Below are positions 10,092-20,158 of a stretch of 64,000 nucleotides of DNA, in pieces (positions within the stretch are counted from its first letter, which is position 1; every line of letters begins with the position of its first letter). Source of the stretch: an uncultured Lachnospiraceae bacterium (GTDB taxonomy: Bacteria; Bacillota; Clostridia; Lachnospirales; Lachnospiraceae); assembly GCA_900550285.1 (NCBI GenBank), contig URRW01000003.1, positions 41,478-105,477 on the forward strand, written 5' to 3'. The notes under the pieces are model-generated. The model made no database searches. It was not told the DNA's origin and worked only from the letters and a program-made list of their open reading frames with translations. Made by a program: the position numbers and the translations under genes.

Positions 10092-11072
10092 ATGCAGGAA
10101 AGAGGACTGGAAAAAAGAGCGGCAGGAGCCGTAAGAAGGAAACGGATGCAGGACCTTCTTACGGTTCTTCTTTTTATGCTGATGCTTCCTTATACATGCA
10201 GCGTCGTGGCAAGGACGGGGAGCGGGCAGACGGTGGAAACGCTTGCGGTCGGCGGGGCGGAGGGGAGCGTTTTGTGGGAATGCGCCGGACAGACCCGCAG
10301 GCTTTCGGAGGAGGATTTTTTGACGGGGGCGCTGGCGGCGTGTATCCCGGCGCAGTACCGGGAGGAGGCGCTGAAGGCGCAGGCGGTGATCTTAAGAAGC
10401 ACGATGCTTGCCGGAAAAGGCGGCGCTGGCGGCAGGATCTGCGTCAGCGCGGAAGAAAGCGGGCTTGCGTGGCTTTCGGAGGAGGAGCGAAAAAAGCTGT
10501 GGGGCAGGGAATTTGAGGAGCTGGAAGCAAAGTGCCGGCGCGCCGTTGCAGATACGGAAGGAAAGTATCTGGCGTATGACAGCGGAGCTGTAAGCCCGCC
10601 CTTTTTCAGGCTGAGCGCGGGGAGCACCCGAAGCGGCGCAGAGATTTTCGGGCAGGAGCAGGCGGCGTGGTGCAGAAGCGTTGCGTGCGGCGGCGATGAA
10701 AATGCGGCGGATTTTTTGCAGGAAACGGTTCTTAGCCGGGGCGAATTTTCCAGAAAGCTTGCATCGGAGGGGATGAGCCTTCCAAAAGAGAATGCGAAGA
10801 TCGTGCTGGAACGCGACAGCGCAGGCTATGTGCTGACCGTGTCCTGCGGGGAGAAAAGGATGGAGGGCGAGCGGTTCCGGCAGCTGTTTAGTCTGGCGTC
10901 CTCGTGCTTTTTTGTGCGGGAGGAGTCGGGCAGGATCCATTTACAGACAAGGGGGATCGGGCACGGGCTGGGCTTTGACCAGTATCAGGCGGATCTTCTG
11001 GCGGGGCAGGGCAAGCCGTGGCAGGAGATTTTGGGGATCTTTTTTGAAGAGCTGGAAATTGCGGAGGGATAA
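10092..11072 (+). CDS. spoIID: SpoIID/LytB-domain protein (stage II sporulation protein D-like lytic transglycosylase)
   Basis: SpoIID-family similarity across the protein. RBS gggaggg before ATG 10092. sigmaE-like promoter upstream. Confidence 0.75.
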   Translation: MQERGLEKRAAGAVRRKRMQDLLTVLLFMLMLPYTCSVVARTGSGQTVETLAVGGAEGSVLWECAGQTRRLSEEDFLTGALAACIPAQYREEALKAQAVILRSTMLAGKGGAGGRICVSAEESGLAWLSEEERKKLWGREFEELEAKCRRAVADTEGKYLAYDSGAVSPPFFRLSAGSTRSGAEIFGQEQAAWCRSVACGGDENAADFLQETVLSRGEFSRKLASEGMSLPKENAKIVLERDSAGYVLTVSCGEKRMEGERFRQLFSLASSCFFVREESGRIHLQTRGIGHGLGFDQYQADLLAGQGKPWQEILGIFFEELEIAEG

Positions 11073-11099
11073 GCCGGTTTTTGCTGATTTTTGCCGGAG

Positions 11100-11128
11100 T
11101 TGTAAAAATCTGCATTTTGTGGTATGAT
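11100..11128 (+). promoter_or_regulatory. Putative extended -10 promoter for the acyl-ACP thioesterase gene
   Basis: TTGTAA-17 nt-TGgTATGAT. Confidence 0.5.
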
Positions 11129-11158
11129 GACTGAAATCTATGAACAACGAGGCGAAGC

Positions 11159-11878
11159 ATGTATACATTTGAGAGCAGGGTACGTTACAGCGAAACAGAT
11201 GAAAACGGACTTTTGAGCATCGCGGGGATCGTGGACTACTTTCAGGACGTGTCCACCTTCCAGTCGGAGGATCTGGGGATTGGCGTGGAATATCTGCGCA
11301 GCCAGAATATGCTGTGGGTGATGAGCGCGTGGCAGATCGTGATCCACAGATACCCGGCTCTGGGCGAGCGGATCGTGGCAGGGACGCTTCCGTATGCGTT
11401 CCGCAGCTTTATGGGGTTGAGGAATTTCTTTCTGGATACGGCGGACGGTGAGCGGCTGGTGGAAGCCAATTCTGTCTGGACGCTGATGGATTTCAGGAAG
11501 GGGACGCCGGTGCGCCCGACGCAGGAGATGCTGGAAAAATACGTGCTGGAAGAGAAGCTTCCGATGGACTATGCTTCGCGCAAGATCGGGATGCCAAAGG
11601 ACGGCAGGGCGCACGAAGGCTTTGCGGTGGGACGCCAGCATTTGGACGGCAACCATCATGTGAACAACGGGCAGTATATCCATATGGCGATGGACTATCT
11701 GCCGGCGGATTTCAAGATCGGGCAGATGCGGGCGGAGTACAAAAAATCCGCGCTTTTGCACGATGTGATCGTCCCGGTCGTGAAGGAAGAGGAAAACTGC
11801 GTGACGGTCTGCTTATGCAGCGAGGATCAAGCCCCCTATGCGGTGGTGGAATTGACAAGGAAACAGGAATATGCTTGA
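11159..11878 (+). CDS. Acyl-ACP thioesterase
   Basis: 239 aa; hot-dog acyl-ACP thioesterase family similarity (RYSETDENGLLS..., NHHVNNGQYI). Confidence 0.8.
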   Translation: MYTFESRVRYSETDENGLLSIAGIVDYFQDVSTFQSEDLGIGVEYLRSQNMLWVMSAWQIVIHRYPALGERIVAGTLPYAFRSFMGLRNFFLDTADGERLVEANSVWTLMDFRKGTPVRPTQEMLEKYVLEEKLPMDYASRKIGMPKDGRAHEGFAVGRQHLDGNHHVNNGQYIHMAMDYLPADFKIGQMRAEYKKSALLHDVIVPVVKEEENCVTVCLCSEDQAPYAVVELTRKQEYA

Positions 11879-12704
11879 AATAGGGAAAATTCAGGAACTG
11901 ACGATTGTAAAAAAGGTGGATTTCGGCGTTTATCTGGCAGAGAGCGCGGATGCGGCGGAGAAGGTGCTGCTTCCGGGCAGGCAGGTGCCGAAGGACGCAA
12001 AGCCGGGCGATAAGCTGGAAGTGTTTTTATATAAGGATTCCAGCGACAGGCTGATCTCTACGACGGCGCGCCCGAAGCTGCTTCTGGGCGAGGTGGCGGA
12101 GCTTACCGTGGCGCAGACCGCGCGGATGGGCGCGTTTCTGGACTGGGGGCTGGAAAAGGATCTTTTCCTCCCTTTTAAGGAACAGACCAAAAAGGTAAAA
12201 GAGGGCGACCGCTTCCCGGCAGCGCTGTATGTGGACAAGAGCGGCAGGCTGTGTGCGACGATGAAGGTCTATCATTATCTTCACACGGACAGCCCCTACA
12301 AAAAGGACGATCAGGTAAGCGGCTATCTGTATGAGATCAGCCGCCAGTTCGGCGCGTTTGTGGCGGTGGACGGCCGTTACAGCGCCCTGATCCCGCCGAG
12401 GGAGATGTACGGCGAGTTAAAGGTAGGCGATACGGTTAAGGCACGGGTCGTAAAAGTACATGAGGACGGAAAGCTGGATCTGAGCGTGCGCGAGAAGGCG
12501 TGGCTGCAGATCGAGGCGGACGCCGAAAAGGTGATGGCGCTGATCGACAGCTTTGACGGCGCGCTCCCCTTTACGGACAAGGCGTCTCCGGAGGTGATCA
12601 AAAGGGAGCTTTCCATGAGCAAGAACGAATTTAAGAGAGCGGTCGGCAATCTTTTGAAAAACGGACGGATAGAGATCACGGAAAGGGCGATCCGCAGGAT
12701 TTAA
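11871..12704 (+). CDS. cvfB: S1 RNA-binding domain protein, CvfB family
   Basis: Three S1-like repeats and a C-terminal winged helix, typical of CvfB. Confidence 0.75.
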   Translation: MLEIGKIQELTIVKKVDFGVYLAESADAAEKVLLPGRQVPKDAKPGDKLEVFLYKDSSDRLISTTARPKLLLGEVAELTVAQTARMGAFLDWGLEKDLFLPFKEQTKKVKEGDRFPAALYVDKSGRLCATMKVYHYLHTDSPYKKDDQVSGYLYEISRQFGAFVAVDGRYSALIPPREMYGELKVGDTVKARVVKVHEDGKLDLSVREKAWLQIEADAEKVMALIDSFDGALPFTDKASPEVIKRELSMSKNEFKRAVGNLLKNGRIEITERAIRRI

Positions 12705-12768
12705 AGGGCAGGACGGCAGACCCTGTGGGGGCAGGGACTGGCGGATGCCGGAACAGCAGGCAGGAATT

Positions 12769-13437
12769 ATGAAAAGGTATTCAGTTTTGGGGATTTCCCT
12801 GATGGATTTTTCCGCAAGGGAAGGTTTGCGGAGGGCAGAGCGCTTTCTGCAGACGGGTGCGCTCAATACAACAAGCTACATAAACGCGCAGTCGCTGGCG
12901 GCAGCGTCGCGGGACGAACAGATCAAGCAGTATCTGGAAGAGATGGATCTGATCTTTTGTCTGGAACCGGATATTCTGGAAGCGGCGGGCATCGCTTCTC
13001 CGGGCAGGGTGCGGGAGATCGAGGACCGGGTGTTTTTAAGAGAATTTTTAAAGCGGCTCGGCAGGCAGCGGGATAAGGTATATCTGATCGGAGACACCGT
13101 AAAACAGGCGGAGGCGCTGCGGGAAATGCTTTTAAAGGTTCAGGAGAACTTAAATATAGCCGGCGCGCGGGGATACGAGGAATTTGAAGAGCAGCCGGAG
13201 CGGCTGATGAACGAATTAAACGAAGCGGCCCCGAAGGTGATCTTTTCGCGGATGACGTTTCCGACGGATCTGGCGCTGATGCACGCGGGCAGGAAATTTT
13301 TGAATGCGGAGCTGTGGGTGGCGCTTCCGGACACGAAATTAAAAGAGCGGCAGAAACCGACCTTCTGGGGGAATATCCGGAAAAAACTCTTCCAGAAAAA
13401 GGTAAATGAGTATAATCAGGAAAAGGCGGAACAGTAA
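12769..13437 (+). CDS. Divergent WecB/TagA/CpsF-family-like protein
   Basis: Weak similarity to the TagA-like fold (KVYLIGDTVKQAEAL...GYEEFEEQ...PKVIFSRM). Conserved catalytic-looking residues are not evident. Confidence 0.35.
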   Translation: MKRYSVLGISLMDFSAREGLRRAERFLQTGALNTTSYINAQSLAAASRDEQIKQYLEEMDLIFCLEPDILEAAGIASPGRVREIEDRVFLREFLKRLGRQRDKVYLIGDTVKQAEALREMLLKVQENLNIAGARGYEEFEEQPERLMNELNEAAPKVIFSRMTFPTDLALMHAGRKFLNAELWVALPDTKLKERQKPTFWGNIRKKLFQKKVNEYNQEKAEQ

Positions 13438-13639
13438 TCCCGTCTTTTTTTGGTACAGAAGCGTGAAGATTTCTGTGTCAAAATTGTGAACTTTGGGAAA
13501 GTGCATAAATTTTTTACGGTTTGCTATAGCTTTTTTTGTGGTTTTCTTTTAAAATATAGAAAGGGTTATAGCGAAATTGCAGGGCGGCGCAGCGGCTGTG
13601 CCGCAGAATGCGTTAATTCAATATGGAGGAGACGGGGTT

Positions 13640-14728
13640 ATGATCTCAAATCAGATTTTACAGAGTACGCTTGAGGGATTCAAAGCGATCGCCAGAGTGG
13701 AATTATGTGTGGCGGACATGGACGGGAATGTGGCGGCGTCCACATCGGACAGCTTGGACGGCTGCCTGCCGGCAGTCAGGGCGTTTATCGATTCGCCCGC
13801 GGACAGTCAGGAAGTGCAGGGCAATCAGTTTTTTAAGATCTATGACGATCAGCAGCTGGAATACATCCTTGTGGTCGGGGGAGCCGGGGAGAATTTCTAC
13901 ATGATCGGGAAGATGGCGGCATTTCAGGTGCAGAACCTGCTTGTGGCGTACAAGGAACGCTTTGACAAGGACAATTTTATTAAGAACCTGCTTTTGGACA
14001 ACCTGTTGTTAGTCGATATTTACAGCAGGGCGAAGAAGCTGCATATCCCGGCGGACGCAGACCGCGTGGTGTTTATCATCGAGAGCGGCGGCGGGAAGGA
14101 CAACAATATTCTGGAGCAGATGCGTCCGGTCTTTGGAAATAACAACCACGACTTTATTACGGCGGTGGATGAAAACAACGTGATCGTGGTAAAGGAACTT
14201 GCTGAGGGCGATCAGGCAAAGGAGATCGGCGATTACGCTACAGGTATTTTGGAATGGCTTGAAAATGAGGGCGTATCGGACAACCGCGTATCCTACGGCA
14301 CGATCGTGCGGGAGATCAAGGAGGTCAGCCGTTCCTACAAGGAAGCGAAGATGGCGCTGGACGTGGGAAAAATTTTCTTTGACGAACGCACCGTTATCGC
14401 GTATAGTGAACTGGGAATCGGCCGTCTGATCTATCAGCTTCCGATCCCGCTGTGCAAAATGTTTATCCGCGAGATCTTCGGCGGCAAGAGCCCGGACGAT
14501 TTCGATGAGGAAACATTGACGACCATCAGCAAATTTTTTGAAAACAGCCTGAACGTTTCGGAGACGAGCAGACAGCTTTTCATCCACCGCAATACGCTCG
14601 TATACCGGCTGGATAAGCTGCAGAAGTCCACGGGGCTGGATCTGCGCGTATTCGAGGACGCGATCACTTTCAAGATCGCGCTGATGGTTGTGAAGTACAT
14701 GAAGTATATGGAAACTTTTGAATACTAG
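13640..14728 (+). CDS. PucR/CdaR-family transcriptional regulator
   Basis: C-terminal PucR-type HTH (SETSRQLFIHRNTLVYRLDKLQKSTGLDL). RBS ggaggag before ATG 13640. Confidence 0.6.
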   Translation: MISNQILQSTLEGFKAIARVELCVADMDGNVAASTSDSLDGCLPAVRAFIDSPADSQEVQGNQFFKIYDDQQLEYILVVGGAGENFYMIGKMAAFQVQNLLVAYKERFDKDNFIKNLLLDNLLLVDIYSRAKKLHIPADADRVVFIIESGGGKDNNILEQMRPVFGNNNHDFITAVDENNVIVVKELAEGDQAKEIGDYATGILEWLENEGVSDNRVSYGTIVREIKEVSRSYKEAKMALDVGKIFFDERTVIAYSELGIGRLIYQLPIPLCKMFIREIFGGKSPDDFDEETLTTISKFFENSLNVSETSRQLFIHRNTLVYRLDKLQKSTGLDLRVFEDAITFKIALMVVKYMKYMETFEY

Positions 14729-14742
14729 GATGGTGACAAAAT

Positions 14743-15483
14743 TTGGCGCAAAACGACAGGAAGAAAAAAAGAAGGCGGGAAGGCAGCGATGCTGTGATCC
14801 AGCTTGACAGGGTAAGCAAGTCTTATTCCACGGGCTCCCCGGCTCTGGACAATGTGAGCTTAAGCATCAAAAGAGGGGAGTTTGTGTTCATTGTAGGCGA
14901 CAGCGGTTCCGGAAAATCGACGCTGATCAAGCTGCTTTTGCGGGAGCTGACTCCCACCAGCGGCAGGGTTATCGTAAACGGCTCCGACGTGGCGAAGCTA
15001 AAGCGGCGCGAGGTGCCGAAGTTTCGGAGAAACCTCGGGATCGTGTTTCAGGATTTCCGTCTTTTAAACGACAGGAACGTATATGAGAACGTGGCGTTTG
15101 CACAGCGCGTGATCCAGATGCCCACCAAGCTGATGCGCCGGAACGTACCGAACGCGCTGGCGGTCGTGGGGCTTGCGGGCAAGTACAAGGCGCGGACGAA
15201 GCAGCTTTCCGGCGGCGAGCAGCAGCGCGTGGCGCTGGCGAGGGCGCTCGTCAACGAACCGCCGATCCTTCTTGCGGATGAGCCGACAGGAAACCTCGAT
15301 CCGAAAAATTCATGGGAGATCATGAAGCTTCTGGAGCGGATCAACGAGGAGAAAGGGACGACGATCCTGGTCGTAACGCATAACAGGGAGATCGTCAACG
15401 CGATGGAAAAGCGCGTGATCACGATGAAGAAGGGCGTTATTATCAGCGACGAGGAAAAAGGCGGTTATATCGATGAGGATTAG
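14743..15483 (+). CDS. ftsE: Cell-division ABC ATPase FtsE
   Basis: Walker A GDSGSGKST, ABC signature LSGGEQQRV, Walker B. The listed start is TTG; the true start may be the GTG near 14803 (VIQLDRVSKSY). Confidence 0.9.
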   Translation: MAQNDRKKKRRREGSDAVIQLDRVSKSYSTGSPALDNVSLSIKRGEFVFIVGDSGSGKSTLIKLLLRELTPTSGRVIVNGSDVAKLKRREVPKFRRNLGIVFQDFRLLNDRNVYENVAFAQRVIQMPTKLMRRNVPNALAVVGLAGKYKARTKQLSGGEQQRVALARALVNEPPILLADEPTGNLDPKNSWEIMKLLERINEEKGTTILVVTHNREIVNAMEKRVITMKKGVIISDEEKGGYIDED

Positions 15484-16372
15484 TACATTTTTTTATACGT
15501 TGAAGCAGGGAATTATCAATATTTTCCGCAATAAGCTGTTTTCGCTGGCGTCGGTTGCCACGATCTCGGCGTGCCTGTTTCTTTTCGGCCTGTTTTTTAC
15601 GGTAATTTTAAACTTCCAGCACATGATCCGGACGGCGGAAGAGGGCGTTTCCGTGACGGTCTTTTTCAAGGAGGGCGTGACGGAGGAGGAGATGGTTGCG
15701 GTAGGCGACCAGATCCGGGCAAGACAGGAGGTTTCGGAAGCGGTTTTTGTGACGGCGGACGAGGCGTGGGCTGAATGGGCGCCCGAAAACATCGGCGAGG
15801 ATTACGAAGAGATCTATTCCGAAAACCCGCTGGAAGGCCTTGACAACTATGAGATTTATATGAAGGATGTGGCGCAGCAGGAGACGCTTGTGACATGGCT
15901 GGAATCGCTGCCGCAGGTAGACAGCGTAAAGCGCTCCGAGATGGCGGCGACGACGCTGACCGGCGTGAACATGGTCGTGGCGTATACGTCTGCGGCAATC
16001 ATTGCGATCCTTTTGGCGGTATCCATTTTCCTGATCAACAATACGGTCATGATCGGTATTTCTGTCCGCAAGGAGGAGATCGAGATCATGAAATATATCG
16101 GCGCGACGGACTTTTTCGTTCGTTCCCCGTTCGTGATCGAAGGCATTCTGATCGGCCTGATCGGTTCCTGCATCCCGCTGGGCGTGATCTATCTTCTGTA
16201 TATGCAGGTGATGGAATATGTGGCGCTGCAGTTCCCGGCGCTGTCCGGGCTGATGCAGTTCCTTCCGGTTTCCGAAGTGTACCGCACGCTCGTTCCCGTA
16301 TGTATGGGGCTTGGCGCGGGCATTGGATTTTTGGGAAGCTTTGCGACGGTGCGTAAGCATCTGCGCGTCTGA
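15473..16372 (+). CDS. ftsX: Cell-division permease FtsX
   Basis: 4-TM FtsX topology with a large extracellular loop; overlaps the ftsE stop. Confidence 0.9.
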   Translation: MRISTFFYTLKQGIINIFRNKLFSLASVATISACLFLFGLFFTVILNFQHMIRTAEEGVSVTVFFKEGVTEEEMVAVGDQIRARQEVSEAVFVTADEAWAEWAPENIGEDYEEIYSENPLEGLDNYEIYMKDVAQQETLVTWLESLPQVDSVKRSEMAATTLTGVNMVVAYTSAAIIAILLAVSIFLINNTVMIGISVRKEEIEIMKYIGATDFFVRSPFVIEGILIGLIGSCIPLGVIYLLYMQVMEYVALQFPALSGLMQFLPVSEVYRTLVPVCMGLGAGIGFLGSFATVRKHLRV

Positions 16373-16386
16373 TGAGAGGGAACAGA

Positions 16387-17601
16387 ATGCGGAAAAGGAT
16401 AAGGCAGGGCCTTGCAGGCTGTCTGATCGCTGCGCTGCTTTTGGCGGCAGTCCCGGCGGGCAGCGTGCAGGCGGGCACGCTTGAGGACAGCATCAAGGAG
16501 AAACAGGAAGCGATCAGTCAGGCGGAGCAGGAAAAGAAAAAGCTCCAGTCCAGCATTTCCAATATCAAAGCGATGGTAAAGGATCTGGAAAAATCCAAAA
16601 GCGATCTGGAAACCTATGTAAAGGAGCTGGACGGCAAGCTGGCGGACATCGGGGCAAAGATTGACGAGCTGCAAAAGCAGATCGCCCAGAAAAAAGAAGA
16701 AATCGCGCAGGCGAAGGCTGACCTTGAAAAGGCGCAGGAGGTCGCGGACCAGCAGTATACGGATATGAAAAAGCGGCTCCGCTTTTTGTATCAGAACAGT
16801 AAGGGCAGCGGCTATCTGGAGCTTCTGGTAAGCGCGGAAAGCTTTGCGGATATGCTCAATCAGGCAGAATATGTGGAACAGCTGAGCGCTTACGACAGCC
16901 AGAAGCTGGAGGAATACCGTCAGAGCGTGGAATATATGAAGCTTTGCAAGCAGACGCTGGAAGAGGAAGAAGAGGTGCTTGCGTCCGCGCAGGCAAGCCT
17001 GGAACAGGAGCAGAAGGCGGTCGATACGCTGATCGGGGAAAAAGAGCAGCAGATACAGGCTTTTCAGGGAGACATCAACAATAAGGAAGCGGCGCTGAAG
17101 GAATACGAGGCGGATGTGGCGGAGCAGAACGCCACGATCGCGGCGCTGGAAAAGGCGGTTGCCGCCGATAAGGCGAAGCTTGCGGAACAGAACCGGATCA
17201 AATACGACGGCGGCATGTTCCAGATGCCCTGTCCCGGCTACAAACGCGTTTCCAGCGATTACGGAACGCGGATGCATCCGACGCTGGGCGTCCAGAAATT
17301 CCATAACGGCGTGGACTTTGCGGCGGCGAGCGGAACGCCGATCCTTGCGGCGTACAGCGGCAACGTGGTGGCGGCTTCCTACAACAGCTCGATGGGAAAT
17401 TATGTGATGATCGACCACGGCGACGGGCTTTATACGATCTACATGCACGCGTCGAAGCTTTACGTTTCGTCGGGGCAGTCGGTCAGCAAGGGCGACCAGA
17501 TCGCGGCAGTGGGCTCTACGGGACGTTCGACCGGGCCGCACCTTCACTTCTCGGTGCGCCTAAACGGCAACTACGTAAGCCCCTGGGGATACTTAAAGTA
17601 A
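16387..17601 (+). CDS. Peptidase M23 (EnvC/PcsB-like) with N-terminal coiled coil
   Basis: Signal peptide, long coiled coil and C-terminal M23 LytM domain (HNGVDFAA...HLHFSV). Gene order ftsE-ftsX-M23. Confidence 0.85.
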   Translation: MRKRIRQGLAGCLIAALLLAAVPAGSVQAGTLEDSIKEKQEAISQAEQEKKKLQSSISNIKAMVKDLEKSKSDLETYVKELDGKLADIGAKIDELQKQIAQKKEEIAQAKADLEKAQEVADQQYTDMKKRLRFLYQNSKGSGYLELLVSAESFADMLNQAEYVEQLSAYDSQKLEEYRQSVEYMKLCKQTLEEEEEVLASAQASLEQEQKAVDTLIGEKEQQIQAFQGDINNKEAALKEYEADVAEQNATIAALEKAVAADKAKLAEQNRIKYDGGMFQMPCPGYKRVSSDYGTRMHPTLGVQKFHNGVDFAAASGTPILAAYSGNVVAASYNSSMGNYVMIDHGDGLYTIYMHASKLYVSSGQSVSKGDQIAAVGSTGRSTGPHLHFSVRLNGNYVSPWGYLK

Positions 17602-17626
17602 ACCCGCCGCCGTGTGGGCGGGTTTA
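17600..17626 (+). terminator. Rho-independent terminator after the M23 peptidase gene
   Basis: AACCCGCC-gccgtgtg-GGCGGGTT followed by a T-containing tail. Confidence 0.7.
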
Positions 17627-18010
17627 CTGCTACTTCTCGATTTCTGAAAGGAAATTGAGAAGGTTCCCGAAAGGGATCCGCCGCCGTATGGGCGGTAAAA
17701 ATGAATAACAGGTGCGACAGACCGGAACGGGGGATTGGGGCTTCTAAATCCTTCGTTCCGGTTATATATATGATGATACCAAGGAACCAAGGTCAATGAT
17801 CCGACGCAAGCTTGCTTGCAGGAGGATTTTTGACTTTGGTTCCCGCCAAAACATGAGTAAGAAGCCATTTTCTGAAAGAAAATGAGCGGATTACGAATGT
17901 TTTTGAGGATTGCGGAAGCGCGGAGCGCGGAGCAATCCGGTATCAGGGATTATTTGTAAATGAAAAATCCAAAGAAGTGAAGGGTCATATAGATAACAGG
18001 TGGTAAAAAA

Positions 18011-19240
18011 ATGGGCAGAAAAAGAGTTTTTGCAGGCGGGCTGATCGCCGGGGCAGCGCTGACGCTGGCTCTGGGCGGCGGTATTTTTACGGGGGTGCAG
18101 CTTTATCAGGGGATAAAGGCGAGCACGGAGGCAGGCTCGGAAGGAATCTCCGGGGACGGGGAGCTTCTGAGCGGGGAGACGATGCGCAAGCTGGGCGTTT
18201 TGGAGGAAATGGTAGGCGACTATTATCTGGAGGACGTCAGCGAGGCGGATATGCAGCAGGGCGTTTATAAAGGGCTGATCGAGGCGCTGGACGATCCGTA
18301 TTCGGTTTATTACACGCCGGAGGAGCTTCAGGATCTTCAGGAAAAAACCGAAGGCATTTATTACGGGATCGGCGCGCGGGTTTCCATGGATCCGGACACG
18401 CAGCTTCCAAAGATCGCCAGCGTGATCTCCGGATCCCCGGCGGAGGAAGCCGGGATTTTAGCAAACGACCTGCTTTATAAGGTGGACGAAACGGAAGTGC
18501 AGGGCATGGATTTAAGCTCTGCCGTGGCGCTGGTAAAGGGCGATGAGGGCACGACGGTGCATCTGACGGTTATCCGTCAGGGCGAGCCGGATTATCTGGA
18601 GATCGACGTGGTGCGCCGCAAGCTGGAAAATGAGACGGTCACCCAGAAAATGCTGGAAAACAACATCGGCTATATCCAGATCCAGGAATTTGATGACGTA
18701 ACGCTGGAACAGTTTCAGGAGGCGATGGGAGCCTGCCGGGGTTCGGGAATGGAAGGGCTGATCATTGACCTGCGCGGAAATCCGGGCGGGAACCTTTCCA
18801 CCGTGTGCGACATCGCCCGGGAACTGCTTCCGAAAGGGCTGATCGTTTATACGGAGGATAAAAACGGAGAGCGCGAGGAGTACAGCTGCGACGGCGCAAA
18901 TCAGCTGGAAGTCCCGCTTGTCGTTTTGGTGGACGGAAACAGCGCATCCGCGTCGGAGATTTTAGCGGGCGCGGTCAAGGATTACGGCATCGGCACGCTG
19001 GTCGGCACGACGACCTACGGAAAAGGCATCGTACAGCGGATCATGAAGCTTTCGGACGGTTCCGCCGTGAAGCTGACCGTAAGCAAATATTATACCCCCA
19101 ACGGAAACAACATTCACAAGATCGGCATTGCGCCCGATGTGGAGGTTCCCTTTGAGCCCGAGCCGTATGTCGAGGACGGGACGGATAACCAGCTTGAAAA
19201 AGCGGTTGAGGTTTTGGCGGAGAAGATGGCGGCAGAGTAA
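18011..19240 (+). CDS. ctpA: S41 carboxyl-terminal processing protease
   Basis: PDZ domain plus S41 catalytic region (DLRGNPGG...SASASE, Ser/Lys dyad). Confidence 0.9.
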   Translation: MGRKRVFAGGLIAGAALTLALGGGIFTGVQLYQGIKASTEAGSEGISGDGELLSGETMRKLGVLEEMVGDYYLEDVSEADMQQGVYKGLIEALDDPYSVYYTPEELQDLQEKTEGIYYGIGARVSMDPDTQLPKIASVISGSPAEEAGILANDLLYKVDETEVQGMDLSSAVALVKGDEGTTVHLTVIRQGEPDYLEIDVVRRKLENETVTQKMLENNIGYIQIQEFDDVTLEQFQEAMGACRGSGMEGLIIDLRGNPGGNLSTVCDIARELLPKGLIVYTEDKNGEREEYSCDGANQLEVPLVVLVDGNSASASEILAGAVKDYGIGTLVGTTTYGKGIVQRIMKLSDGSAVKLTVSKYYTPNGNNIHKIGIAPDVEVPFEPEPYVEDGTDNQLEKAVEVLAEKMAAE

Positions 19241-19341
19241 ATTTTCATTGACGCGGTTTTGGGCAGGGATTACAATAGGATCAGACACATAAGGAAAACC
19301 GGGTCCCGGTTGGCACAGCTTTGAGAAAAGAGGGTGAGCAT

Positions 19342-19668
19342 ATGAGAGGACCGATGATGATTTTTGCAGCAGCAGTTTTTCTTTTGTTGATCGTGGCTTA
19401 TCTGGCGCACTGTAAGCGGTCAGGAGAGCGGATCGGGGGCAAATTGCATGATATGCTTTTGCTTGGTCTGATGCGTCTGGATATTGCGGTGACGCAGGGG
19501 CTTCACTATGTGCAGCTTGCGATTGCGTCTGTCTGCAAGGGCTACCATCCGGCAGGGATGGAAAGCTCGATCGCCCATAAGAGGGAGCGGATGGAGAACC
19601 ATCGCAGAGCCATGGGCGAAGTAGAGTATGTGCGCCGCAGGCGCTACAACCGCAAGATTCTGGAGTAG
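19342..19668 (+). CDS. Hypothetical small membrane protein
   Basis: RBS agagggtgag before ATG 19342; one TM helix; no recognisable family. Confidence 0.3.
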   Translation: MRGPMMIFAAAVFLLLIVAYLAHCKRSGERIGGKLHDMLLLGLMRLDIAVTQGLHYVQLAIASVCKGYHPAGMESSIAHKRERMENHRRAMGEVEYVRRRRYNRKILE

Positions 19669-19691
19669 AGCGGACTTAAGGAAGCCGCCGG

Positions 19692-19720
19692 CAGCGCCGG
19701 CGGCTTTCGTCCGGAAACTG
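19692..19720 (+). terminator. Terminator-like GC hairpin after the small hypothetical gene
   Basis: AAGCCGCCGGC-agc-GCCGGCGGCTT followed by TCGT; weak U tract. Confidence 0.55.
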
Positions 19721-19805
19721 CCGGAGGGCAGGGCAGCCGTGCGGCCAAACTGTTGCCGTTTGAAAATATTTTATGAAAAAAATTTTGAAAAATTGAAAAT
19801 AGTGC

Positions 19806-19834
19806 TTGCATTTTATGAAAACCTGTGCTAAGAT
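19806..19834 (+). promoter_or_regulatory. Putative sigmaA promoter for tRNA-Gly
   Basis: TTGCAT-17 nt-TAAGAT located ~35 nt upstream of the tRNA 5' end. Confidence 0.5.
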
Positions 19835-19870
19835 AAATTTCGTCGCTGAGACATACGGCGACAAGCGAAT

Positions 19871-19943
19871 GCGACAGTAGTACAGTTGGTAGTACGCCAC
19901 CTTGCCAAGGTGGAGGTCGCGGGTTCGAGCCCCGTCTGTCGCT
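19871..19943 (+). tRNA. tRNA-Gly (anticodon GCC)
   Basis: Cloverleaf recognisable: acceptor GCGACAG/CTGTCGC, anticodon stem-loop CCACC-TTGCCAA-GGTGG, T-arm GGTTCGAGCCC. No encoded CCA. Confidence 0.85.
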
Positions 19944-20158
19944 CTTCTTAAGGAAGAACTTTGAATGATCAAGGTTCTTTTTTTTTACCCAGTTACGGGA
20001 AGCCTGACCGTGGGTTATCCGCGGTCGGGGAGCAGGAAGATAATAGAGGATTACGGCACGGCTGCCGGTGCAGGAGCGTCGCAGGCAGCCATGACGGCGG
20101 GAAAGCGCATCTGAGGTTTTTCACCGTCCTGCGTTTACGCTCCGGAATGGAGATTGAA

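Noticed and set aside
16189-17547. 452-aa minus-strand ORF
   Set aside because: Antisense to the ftsX/M23 peptidase genes; a GC-frame artefact.
19676-19972. 98-aa minus-strand ORF
   Set aside because: Overlaps the tRNA-Gly gene and its promoter and terminator; no coding support.
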